Positions 1 to 8,023 of a stretch of 14,257 nucleotides of DNA are shown here, in pieces. Below the pieces are notes generated by a model. It did not search any database. It was not told the origin of the DNA and saw only the letters and a program-made list of their open reading frames with translations. This DNA comes from Myxococcota bacterium. Lineage in GTDB: Bacteria > Myxococcota_A > Bradymonadia > UBA7976 > UBA1532. The stretch is taken from NCBI GenBank assembly GCA_036337435.1, contig JAYZEG010000067.1:1-14257 (forward strand). The letters run 5' to 3'. Positions within the stretch are counted from its first letter, which is position 1. Every line of letters begins with the position of its first letter. A program made the translations under genes and the position numbers.

Positions 1-490
1 AGTCATTGTGAGCGAAGCTTAAGGCCGATTGATCAAAGGTCTTCTGCATAGCTCGGGTTGTTGTCTATAGACCCAAATCGCATACTGCAACTGGGAAAGG
101 ATTGATGCCTGTAAATGAGCACCTTTAACTGCTTCACAAGCGAGCTTATACCATCAACGCTGCAGGATGAAGTATTACGAAAAATCACACATCGGTTACA
201 ACGGATTGGAGAATATAGACTAGAGCGGGATGTTCTGGTCATAAGTATTTCAAAACCAATTGAAAAGACTTTGATTCTATTGCCCTGCAATCATTGAGAC
301 AATGAGAGCCACACGACTTATCTGGCATTAATCTTTTCAGCGTAAACAAATCGGCGTGTCGTTGTGCAGCAGCGATAGTTTGTCAGTAGGCTCTGGAGAG
401 CTAAGGCTTGTCGTCTTCACAGCACAGTTTATGTGTTGAATTTTCAGTAAGGGTCGAAAGGCAGCGGCGATTAACTGACTGAAATTGTCT

Positions 491-1093
491 GGAAATACGG
501 CATTCGCTGTTGATGGTTTTGGCCTCATTCGGTTGCTGAGACGATAGTGAGTCGTAGATGACTGACATGACGGTGGATGAAGTGGGCACAGGGCCGATGT
601 AACTACCATGAGCCCCCATGGAACCCGAGCCGCTTCAGCGTCTTATCAATTGAATCGCGCCGGCGATGCCAATCGCCATTCTGGCCTCGTGGGCCTCTGT
701 TTCCGTGGCGTCCCCGTGCTTGGCCCGTATGGTGTTGATGGCCCAATGGACGGCAACAGCACCATCGTTCGTCTCGAGAGCTGCTACACGCTCAGCGCCT
801 GTGATGACCCCACGACGGTCTCTTGTTATGCCTTCGAACAAGACCGTTATAACCGTGGCGTCTGCTACTTAGACAGATGTAATGGTCGAGAGACGGTGAC
901 GCCCGAGCCATTGCAAGACGCCCTCGGCGACCGGGTGGATGTGTACTTTATGACACTGGAGGTCGATGGTGGACTCGCGTTTCCCTGCTTGCCATTCTGC
1001 AACCAGGGCGATGTGATCTCCGGCTCTTGTGGTACTGGCGGTGGCGGTATGAATAGGCCTCCACCCGGGGCCAGTCCTCCCCCGGGCAACTGA
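491..1093 (+). pseudogene. Degraded YHYH-domain protein gene; the intact C-terminal part is ORF 608..1093
   Basis: ORF 608..1093 contains HSGLVGLCFRGVPVLGPYG (cf. YHYH-family HSPLxGxAxDGxPIYGPYG) and LDRCNGRETVTPE...YFMT (cf. LDxCNGRxxxTPE...YYxT). In the same frame upstream, 491-526 reads GNTAFAVDGFGL (cf. GxIGxAxNGVxI). Stops intervene at 545, 548, 563 and 578, then SGH follows. In a shifted frame, 598-609 TGT AAC TAC CAT (CNYH) resembles TAT CAC TAC CAT (YHYH). The 5' boundary is approximate. Confidence 0.65.
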
Positions 1094-1228
1094 TTACACT
1101 CTCGTCCGAGACAGCCCATCTGCCTCACTCAGACTGGATGTGCTCCTCGCAACTAAACCTGGCTCAGGCCATTCAAACAACAGTGTCAATCCATGGGCGA
1201 ATCGCTTCAGATATGATACCTGTAGCCA

Positions 1229-2428
1229 ATGAAGACTCACTACGACGTCGTTATCATCGGTGCGGGTGCCGCAGGTTTAATGGCTGCCATTCATGCGGGG
1301 CGGCGTGGTCGAACTGTCTGCGTGGTTGATCATGCAAAGAAATTGGGCACCAAGATTAGAATCTCGGGGGGCGGACGCTGTAATTTCACCAATCTCTATG
1401 TGACGCCGGCCAATTATCTTTCAGAGAACCCCCACTTTTGTAAATCAGCTCTCAAACAATATACACAGTACGATTTTATCGATTGGGTCGAGACCGCCGG
1501 CATCCAATTTCATGAGAAGAAACTCGGTCAACTGTTCTGTGACCGCTCGGCTCAGGACATTGTCGATCTGTTGCTTGCTGCCGCCCGCGATGCAGGGGCT
1601 GCTTTAAGTTTTCCAACTGTGGTGGAGGACGTTGGTGCATGTGCGAATGATGAGCGTCCCGACGCGCGTTATCGACTTCGCACGTCCCGTGGCGAGCTGA
1701 CCTGCCAGTCCATTATCGTTGCGACCGGTGGTCTTTCCGTTCCGAAAGCTGGTGCGAGTCCCTTCGGCTACAGGCTCGCCGAGCAATTTGGTTTATCGAT
1801 CGTTGAGACGAGAGCAGGTTTAGTGCCCTTGACCTTTCAGGGGGCTCTGTTGGACAGGTGTCGTGCTCTGTCGGGCTTGTCTGTTGATGCGACGGTTGGT
1901 TATGGCGACACCCGATTTGCAGAAGGTCTTTTATTTACTCACCGTGGCCTCAGCGGCCCATCAATTTTGCAGATTTCCTCCTATTGGCGAGAGCAGAATC
2001 CAGTGACTGTCAATCTTGCGCCTCAAGTCGATGTGAACGCCCTTTTGATCGACCGAAAAAAGCACACGCCCAAGCAAGAGGTGACCACGGTTTTAGCGGA
2101 GCTACTACCCCGGCGATTGGCTCTCGATATCTGTCAGACTATGGATGTGCAGGGCAGACTGGCTGACGCGAGTAATCAAAGTCTGGACGCCCTCGCTGAT
2201 GTCGTGAATGCCTGGGCTGTAAGACCGGGTGGAACAGAGGGCTATCGGACGGCCGAAGTCACTCTCGGTGGTGTTGATACCAACGATCTTTCATCCAAGA
2301 CGATGGAGGCGCGGACACAGCCAGGGCTTTTCTTCATCGGAGAAGTCGTTGATGTTACCGGTCACCTCGGTGGCTTCAACTTTCAATGGGCCTGGTCATC
2401 GGGTTATGTCGCCGGCCAAAATGCGTGA
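1229..2428 (+). CDS. NAD(P)/FAD-dependent oxidoreductase, HI0933/YhiN (BaiN-like) family, 399 aa
   Basis: N-terminal GAGAAG dinucleotide-binding motif, KIRISGGGRCNFTN, ATGGLSxP, LLFTHRGLSGP, AEVTLGGV and GEVVDVTGHLGGFNFQWAWSSG are all hallmark motifs of the family. Confidence 0.95.
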   Translation: MKTHYDVVIIGAGAAGLMAAIHAGRRGRTVCVVDHAKKLGTKIRISGGGRCNFTNLYVTPANYLSENPHFCKSALKQYTQYDFIDWVETAGIQFHEKKLGQLFCDRSAQDIVDLLLAAARDAGAALSFPTVVEDVGACANDERPDARYRLRTSRGELTCQSIIVATGGLSVPKAGASPFGYRLAEQFGLSIVETRAGLVPLTFQGALLDRCRALSGLSVDATVGYGDTRFAEGLLFTHRGLSGPSILQISSYWREQNPVTVNLAPQVDVNALLIDRKKHTPKQEVTTVLAELLPRRLALDICQTMDVQGRLADASNQSLDALADVVNAWAVRPGGTEGYRTAEVTLGGVDTNDLSSKTMEARTQPGLFFIGEVVDVTGHLGGFNFQWAWSSGYVAGQNA

Positions 2429-2589
2429 GGGCTCGCCTGGCGTTGCGTTTGTGTCGCTCAACGCGTCGAGGGGTCGTACCCATGAAAGAGTCATCAACGC
2501 TCCCCAGCCGGTTTTCGAAGAAGGAATCTCTCCCGACGGTCATACCGCCGCATCGGTCAATGGAGACAGAGCTTTAAAGTGTTAACAAA

Positions 2590-2628
2590 CCCCCTCGCAT
2601 CATGACATCGTGGCGTGTTATGAGGGGG
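2590..2628 (+). promoter_or_regulatory. Candidate RBS-sequestering hairpin in the pyrC leader
   Basis: CCCCCTC (2590-2596) is the exact complement of GAGGGGG (2622-2628), the purine-rich RBS-like tract just before ATG 2631. Inner stem ATGACA 2602-2607 / TGTTAT 2616-2621 has one G-U pair. Confidence 0.35.
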
Positions 2629-2630
2629 CT

Positions 2631-3965
2631 ATGAATCCTTTTATACATACACAAAAACATCCGGTTCTCGTGCGCGGGGCTCGTTTGATTGATCCAGAAG
2701 GTGGCCTCGACGAAGTCGTCGACCTTCTGGTGGGGCCCGATGGTATCGAGCGTAACCCAAAACAGGTGCCCGCGGGCACCTCCGAACTTCAAGGGACAGG
2801 CCTCTGGGCACTTCCGGGACTTTTAGACATCCAAGTACACTTTCGGCAGCCTGGCTTTGAGTATAAGGAAACCATCGAGTCCGGAAGCCGTGCAGCCCTC
2901 GCCGGCGGCATCACAGGTGTCGTGGTCATGCCCAATACGCACCCAGCACTCGACACGCCGGACAGCGTACGATTTGAGTCCGAGGAGTCACGGCGGGTTC
3001 GCGGAATTGATATTCACGTCGCTGCGGCCGTTACCGAGGGGCTCGGTGGAGAGCGTCTGACGGACCATGCGGCCCTAAAAGCCGCGGGTGCTGTGGCGGT
3101 CACAGATGATGGTCTTCCGGTCATGGACGATGGCGTGATGCAGGCCTCTCTTGAAGCCTGTGTGAAAAATGATCTGTTGTTTATGCAGCATGCTGAAGAC
3201 ACCGACATGACACAGCATGCGCCGATGACAGAGAGCGATGTGAGTCGGGCTCTCGGTGTACGAGGTCAATCTGCCGAAGCGGAAGGCGTAATGGTCGAAC
3301 GCGACATCGCGCTGGCGGCCAAAACAGGAGCGCGCTACCACGTCCTGCATACATCGACAAAACGGAGTATCGATGCCATCCGCGAGGCCAAGGCGAAGGG
3401 ACTACCTATCAGTTGCGAGGCGTCGCCACACCACCTGCTGTTGAACCTACAGGCGTGCGCAGGTGGCGATCCTAATACAAAAATGAACCCGCCGCTGCGC
3501 AGCGAGTCCGATCGACAGGCACTCGTCGAGGCGCTGGCAGATGGCACCGTCGATGCCGTCGCGACAGACCATGCTCCCCATAGTCGTGAAGAAAAAGCGA
3601 AGGGCTTTGTTGACGCCCCCTTTGGCGTCATTGGCCTCGAGACCGCTTTTGCCGCACTCATGAGCTTTGTGCACGATGGAACGTTGTCGGAGACACGAGC
3701 CGTCGAGTTGATGACCAGCAGTCCTGCACGGATTGTCGGGCTTCGAGGAAAAGTGGGCACCATAGTCGGTGAACAGGCGTCTGCTCATCTGTGTCTCGTT
3801 GATCCCTATCATGAGTGGGAGGTGGGCCTAGACCATTTCCACGGATTATCCGCGAACTCAGCATTCATTGGCCGTCGCTTCAAAGGGAAGGTCGCCGCGA
3901 CCTTCCTCAACGGTGAACTCCGCTTCGTAGACGATTTTGCGAGAGACCGAATCGCCAACGAGTAG
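2631..3965 (+). CDS. pyrC: Dihydroorotase (Bacillus/Aquifex-like long type), 444 aa from ATG 2631
   Basis: PGLLDIQVHFRQPG, AALAGG, MPNTHP, AVTDDG, QHAED, HVLHTST, EASPHHL, KMNPPLR, ATDHAPH and APFGVIGLET motifs. ATG 2631 preceded by GAGGGGG is preferred over GTG 2610. Confidence 0.9.
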   Translation: MNPFIHTQKHPVLVRGARLIDPEGGLDEVVDLLVGPDGIERNPKQVPAGTSELQGTGLWALPGLLDIQVHFRQPGFEYKETIESGSRAALAGGITGVVVMPNTHPALDTPDSVRFESEESRRVRGIDIHVAAAVTEGLGGERLTDHAALKAAGAVAVTDDGLPVMDDGVMQASLEACVKNDLLFMQHAEDTDMTQHAPMTESDVSRALGVRGQSAEAEGVMVERDIALAAKTGARYHVLHTSTKRSIDAIREAKAKGLPISCEASPHHLLLNLQACAGGDPNTKMNPPLRSESDRQALVEALADGTVDAVATDHAPHSREEKAKGFVDAPFGVIGLETAFAALMSFVHDGTLSETRAVELMTSSPARIVGLRGKVGTIVGEQASAHLCLVDPYHEWEVGLDHFHGLSANSAFIGRRFKGKVAATFLNGELRFVDDFARDRIANE

Positions 3966-3987
3966 CCGAGTCATCATGTTTCGGGAA

Positions 3988-5028
3988 TTACCCTATTCTC
4001 CACGTGGTGACGCCACCGGTTGAATCGAGGCCAGCGAGCCCCCTTCCGTCTGGTCGCCAGGCCAAGCCGGCCACAAGACCATTGAGGCGGGCGACGCCGA
4101 TTGCCTCACCAGTTCCATCGGTCCTCAGCTTCCAAATAACAACTGAGCCATCCCTAGCGCCTGAGGCGAGTCTGCGCTGACCCGGAGCAAACGTCAGTGA
4201 GGTGATCGACTCTGGATGAAGTTCCAGTACGCCAGGTCGCGTTCCTTCAGGCCCATCCCCCTGAAAACTCCAAACTGTGATGGCCTCACCACCACCGGTT
4301 GCCAGCAGCGTGCCGCTATCATCGAATGCCAAGGACGACGGCTTCCCCGGATAGCCCGACATCATCGAATCTTGGGCCGTCGACCGACGCCAGAAGTGCA
4401 CTGAATTGTCCTGACTGCCACAAGCGACGATATCTCCATCGGGGCTCAGCACCATAGATACGAGCGAACCTTTCCACTCAAGCTTTTGGTTCACTTGGCC
4501 CGAGCCAGCACTGAAAAAGGCCACCTGGCCGTAGCACGCCGTTGCCAGCTCTTTGGATTCGGACCATGCGATCGCGCTGACTGTGCTGGGGTGGTCCTCC
4601 GATTGCCATACCTCGTTTCCATCGGCATCGTACACAAACACCCGACGAGAGCTCGATGCGGCAAGGAGTTGGCCATCAGCCGACCATCGTAGGGTTTCAA
4701 TCCATCCTTTCCCTAATTCGATGGTTTGCTGACGTGCGCCATCATGGGCATCCCAGATGAAAATACGACCGTTCTGCCCAGCTGTCGCGACCCGTTTTGA
4801 ATCGGGGTGAACGGACATTGAAAGGACACCCCCACCGTGGGCGTCACGATTGGCCCAGCGCATTGAGCCAGACCGACCTTCAAAACCGAAAATACCACCG
4901 GCTGCGTCGGCAACGATGAGGACATCGCCACTGCAGCCCCAGGCGGCGGCGATGACATAATCATCGACCGTTGCAGACCAGCCGTTTCGAATCACCCCTT
5001 TAGGTTTTTCAGACCTTAGAGCAGGCAT
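3988..5028 (-). CDS. WD40-repeat beta-propeller protein, 346 aa
   Basis: Repeats such as VATAGQNGRIFIWD, VACGSQDNSVHFWR, LATGGGEAITVWS and LASGARDGSVVIWK. The start overlaps the COG0523 stop by 13 nt. Confidence 0.9.
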   Translation of the reverse strand: MPALRSEKPKGVIRNGWSATVDDYVIAAAWGCSGDVLIVADAAGGIFGFEGRSGSMRWANRDAHGGGVLSMSVHPDSKRVATAGQNGRIFIWDAHDGARQQTIELGKGWIETLRWSADGQLLAASSSRRVFVYDADGNEVWQSEDHPSTVSAIAWSESKELATACYGQVAFFSAGSGQVNQKLEWKGSLVSMVLSPDGDIVACGSQDNSVHFWRRSTAQDSMMSGYPGKPSSLAFDDSGTLLATGGGEAITVWSFQGDGPEGTRPGVLELHPESITSLTFAPGQRRLASGARDGSVVIWKLRTDGTGEAIGVARLNGLVAGLAWRPDGRGLAGLDSTGGVTTWRIG

Positions 5029-6365
5029 GACTCAAACCCGCTTCGGATGCTCTGCTCGTCAAGCTCGCGACCAATGAAAACCAATTGGTTTTTTCGGGGT
5101 GCGTCACCCCATGGTTTCTCAGGTTGTGCATCGAAGAGCATGTGAACGCCTTGAAAGACGTAGCGCTCGGGCTCGCCCGCGAGAGCCAGAAAACCCTTCA
5201 TGCGGAAAATGTCGATACCTTTCTCACGGAGGAGTTGGCTGAGCCATTTGTTGAGTCTGTCGGGGTCAACGTCCCCATCTCGCTCGATGGCAAACGAGCC
5301 TACTTCATCATCATGCTCGTGCTGTGCAACCCAGGTCCGCTCAGACTCTACGGGGATTTCTGTACCGCTTGCTGTATTGAGGAGCTTCATATCGAACTCC
5401 TCAGCGGTGTGCTGCGCGTAAAGACCGACATTAGTCGCTGAGTCGACCTCTATAAAGAATGATTTCCGACCCGGCTCCTGGAGTTGCAGGTTGATGTGGT
5501 GACCCACGGGCAATAAGCTACCGGGGCCGTAAGGTTCAGCTGGATCAGCGTAGCGTCTCACGCACCATTCTGCACCGTCGCGCAGTGCTGCGTCATCGTC
5601 ACCTTGGTTCGCCATAATTGCGAGGGACATGGTTGGGTCAGGCCCTTCGGCAAGGCTGAGTTCATAACGGCCAGGCTCGAGTGAATAGACGCCGGTCCAC
5701 TCGAATGGATATTCGGGTTCGAGAAAACTGGGGCGCCGCTCGAGCATTTGGTCTAGGTCAAAAGCACTCAAATTGAGCACCGTTTCCACAGGGACGTCTG
5801 CTCTTTCGCTGCGTACCACTTTGGTCATCCGGTTCATTTCTCTCAAACGTGATTCGAGTGCATCCAGCGATTCAGTATCGACCAGGTCTGTTTTGTTGAG
5901 CACCAGCACGTCTGCAAAGGCAATTTGCTCGGTGCTCTCGTCACTTCGTCCCAGTTGCTGTTCGATGTGGGCAGCGTCGACTAAAGTCACAATGCCATCG
6001 AGGGCGAACTCCGACCTAATTTCGTCATCCATGAAGAATGTTTGAGCCACAGGGCCTGGGTCCGCAAGACCCGTTGTCTCGACGAGAACGTAATCGAATT
6101 TGTCGCGGCGCTTCATGAGGTTTCCGAGCACACGAATCAGGTCGCCTCGAACGGTGCAGCATATGCAGCCATTGGACATCTCAAAAATTTCTTCGTCAGC
6201 GTTGATGACCAGTGCTTGGTCGATGCCAACCTCACCGTATTCATTTTCGATGACAGCGATGCGTTTACCGTGTTCTTCACTCAAAATCCGATTGAGCAAA
6301 GTGGTCTTTCCTGAACCCAGAAAGCCGGTCAGGATGGTAACAGGTACTTTGTTGTGAGTGCTCAT
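5016..6365 (-). CDS. COG0523/CobW-family G3E metallochaperone GTPase with an internal ~130-aa insertion, 449 aa
   Basis: Walker A GFLGSGKTT, NEYGEVGID, GCICC metal motif, ETTGLADP, NKTD, and a C-terminal CobW_C domain (IFRMKG...FQGVH...LVFIGR). AAGGAG RBS upstream. Confidence 0.95.
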   Translation of the reverse strand: MSTHNKVPVTILTGFLGSGKTTLLNRILSEEHGKRIAVIENEYGEVGIDQALVINADEEIFEMSNGCICCTVRGDLIRVLGNLMKRRDKFDYVLVETTGLADPGPVAQTFFMDDEIRSEFALDGIVTLVDAAHIEQQLGRSDESTEQIAFADVLVLNKTDLVDTESLDALESRLREMNRMTKVVRSERADVPVETVLNLSAFDLDQMLERRPSFLEPEYPFEWTGVYSLEPGRYELSLAEGPDPTMSLAIMANQGDDDAALRDGAEWCVRRYADPAEPYGPGSLLPVGHHINLQLQEPGRKSFFIEVDSATNVGLYAQHTAEEFDMKLLNTASGTEIPVESERTWVAQHEHDDEVGSFAIERDGDVDPDRLNKWLSQLLREKGIDIFRMKGFLALAGEPERYVFQGVHMLFDAQPEKPWGDAPRKNQLVFIGRELDEQSIRSGFESCLL

Positions 6366-6677
6366 TTAATTCTCCTTAAACAGTGAATTGAGTCCGGTTT
6401 GTTCGACGTTGTACCCCCATGCTTCGCACACATCTAGCAGATCGTTCGGGGTAATGGCATCGGTGGGTTTGTGTATTTTGTGTTGTCGTTGAGGTTGACC
6501 TGGCTGTAGCAACCCAACAACTGTCTCAAGCGGGGCGCAATCGTCTTCCAGGCAAGCCAGTTGAGTGACTGTGATCATGGCTTCGTCGCCCAAATCCAAG
6601 GCTTGCTGCAGGCATGACTTGATTCGTCGGATCATGTCAAGGCTCGGTTTCTTTGCTGAACTTCCAAACAACATCAT
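6366..6677 (-). CDS. Small uncharacterised protein with an LAC-x4-CxPxET...KIHKP motif, 103 aa
   Basis: ATG 6677 forms an ATGA overlap with the upstream stop (6674-6676), and its own stop abuts the COG0523 start. The motif VTQLACLEDDCAPLETVV...HKIHKP resembles small proteins I recall near COG0523 genes. Confidence 0.8.
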   Translation of the reverse strand: MMLFGSSAKKPSLDMIRRIKSCLQQALDLGDEAMITVTQLACLEDDCAPLETVVGLLQPGQPQRQHKIHKPTDAITPNDLLDVCEAWGYNVEQTGLNSLFKEN

Positions 6678-8023
6678 TCGTCTCCGTGTGTCAGAGCTAA
6701 GCCCGCCCTTTTCATCCAAGGACTCGACAAGCCTTCAGATGTGGGGCCATCAAAGATGACCTGCCCCGCCCGGAGCAGAATCACTCGCTTTGCCATAGGC
6801 GGATACGTGTGAAGGTCATGGGTTGCCCAAACACAGGCTGAACCATGTTTTTCGACCTGTGTTTGTACCAGAGTCCGAAGTTCTTGCGCCGCCATCGGAT
6901 CCAGGCCGGCCGTAGGCTCATCTAAGAGTAGCAGCGACGGCTTCAAAACAAGCAGGCCTGCAAGTGCGACACGACGTTGCTCACCGAAGCTCAGGTCGTG
7001 ACACGCCCGGGTCAGCAGGTGGTCAATTCCCATTGCGTTCGCCATCTCTCGAGCGTGTTCTTGAGCCTCACGCGCATTGACGCCACGTTGCAGTAGGCCC
7101 CAGGCAATGTCTTCGGCAACTGTGCTTGCGATGAAGTGATGTTCAGGGTTTTGGGTCAGGAGGGCAATGCGACCATCGAGCCGCGTCTCCAGCTTGGAAT
7201 CTGATGAGACTGATTTACCGAGGCGATTCATTATGCCCTCGCTGGGTCCATCAAGCCCCGCAAGAAGCCGGAGTAAGCTCGACTTTCCAGCACCACTCGG
7301 TCCACAGACAAGCACCCATTCCGTAGATTGGATTTTCAGACTGACTTGCTCTAGAACTAAGTGCTCGCCTCTTTTTACGCTCACTGCATCCAGTTCGATT
7401 GGAACTTGTTCGCTGCTCTGGGTGAGCGGGCTGCACCTGATCAGCGCATTTTCCTCCATGTGTTCCAGCCGGACAAACGATTGTAGGGCACCCTCGCTGA
7501 GCAAACTCGCCCATGATTTTAATGACAACCGCGTTGTTCCGATGCGCATGCGAGCTGCATTTCGTCTAGAAATCCACTCACGCTGAGTGAGTACCCCGTG
7601 CATGATCGAGTGATCCAGAGTCGACACGATGGTTTCCGGAATTCGAAGTTTGAGCAGGAGTTGCCGCAGCGACGCCCAATCTGTTTGAGTGCCGAGCCAT
7701 AAAATCCAAATGACACCGCAGAGAATACGGGCCGCCACACCGAGCACGGTCTGGACGTCTGCGTTTAGGGCAACACCGCCCAGAAGCACGAATCCGATGA
7801 GCAAAATAGACCAGGCGATGACCGGTTCGATCCGACGATGTCCGCGGATATACCCGTGCACCAATAAAAGAGAGCCGAGCCCCGCACCAATGCCCGAGAC
7901 GGTTATACTGTCGGCCCCGGCATTTAGAATCAACATGCTGACTGTCAATCCAAGACTCAAACCACTCTGCCAGAGAGACTGTCTGCGTTCGAAAAACAGC
8001 GAATGTTCAGCGTGGAAGTGCAT
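6674..8023 (-). CDS. ECF transporter T component (CbiQ-like) fused to ABC ATPase (CbiO-like), 449 aa
   Basis: The N-terminal ~200 aa have 3-4 hydrophobic helices, TxW...LLxLRIP and two Arg coupling-helix motifs (AARMRIG, ALIRC). The C-terminal ATPase has GPSGAGKS, QNPE, LSFGEQRR, LLLDEP and ATHD. ATG 8023 has GGAGG upstream and is preferred over 8074. Confidence 0.88.
   Translation of the reverse strand: MHFHAEHSLFFERRQSLWQSGLSLGLTVSMLILNAGADSITVSGIGAGLGSLLLVHGYIRGHRRIEPVIAWSILLIGFVLLGGVALNADVQTVLGVAARILCGVIWILWLGTQTDWASLRQLLLKLRIPETIVSTLDHSIMHGVLTQREWISRRNAARMRIGTTRLSLKSWASLLSEGALQSFVRLEHMEENALIRCSPLTQSSEQVPIELDAVSVKRGEHLVLEQVSLKIQSTEWVLVCGPSGAGKSSLLRLLAGLDGPSEGIMNRLGKSVSSDSKLETRLDGRIALLTQNPEHHFIASTVAEDIAWGLLQRGVNAREAQEHAREMANAMGIDHLLTRACHDLSFGEQRRVALAGLLVLKPSLLLLDEPTAGLDPMAAQELRTLVQTQVEKHGSACVWATHDLHTYPPMAKRVILLRAGQVIFDGPTSEGLSSPWMKRAGLALTHGDE

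Noticed and set aside
33..619. Short ORFs 33..290, 115..297, 337..609 and 401..619
   Set aside because: No recognisable family or RBS, they overlap one another, and two are antisense to the YHYH remnant.
2433..2470. Imperfect hairpin (GCGTTG/CAACGC with outer CTCG/CGAG) after the flavoprotein gene
   Set aside because: Bulged stem and no U-tract; too weak to call a terminator.
2631..3965. Calling the dihydroorotase an inactive PyrC'-type structural subunit
   Set aside because: Only one ligand differs. The remaining metal and substrate residues are intact, and QxH is compatible with activity in other subgroups.
5016..6365. Assigning the symbol cobW to either COG0523 gene
   Set aside because: True CobW accompanies the CobNST chelatase, which is absent here. 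Subfamily cannot be fixed without phylogeny.
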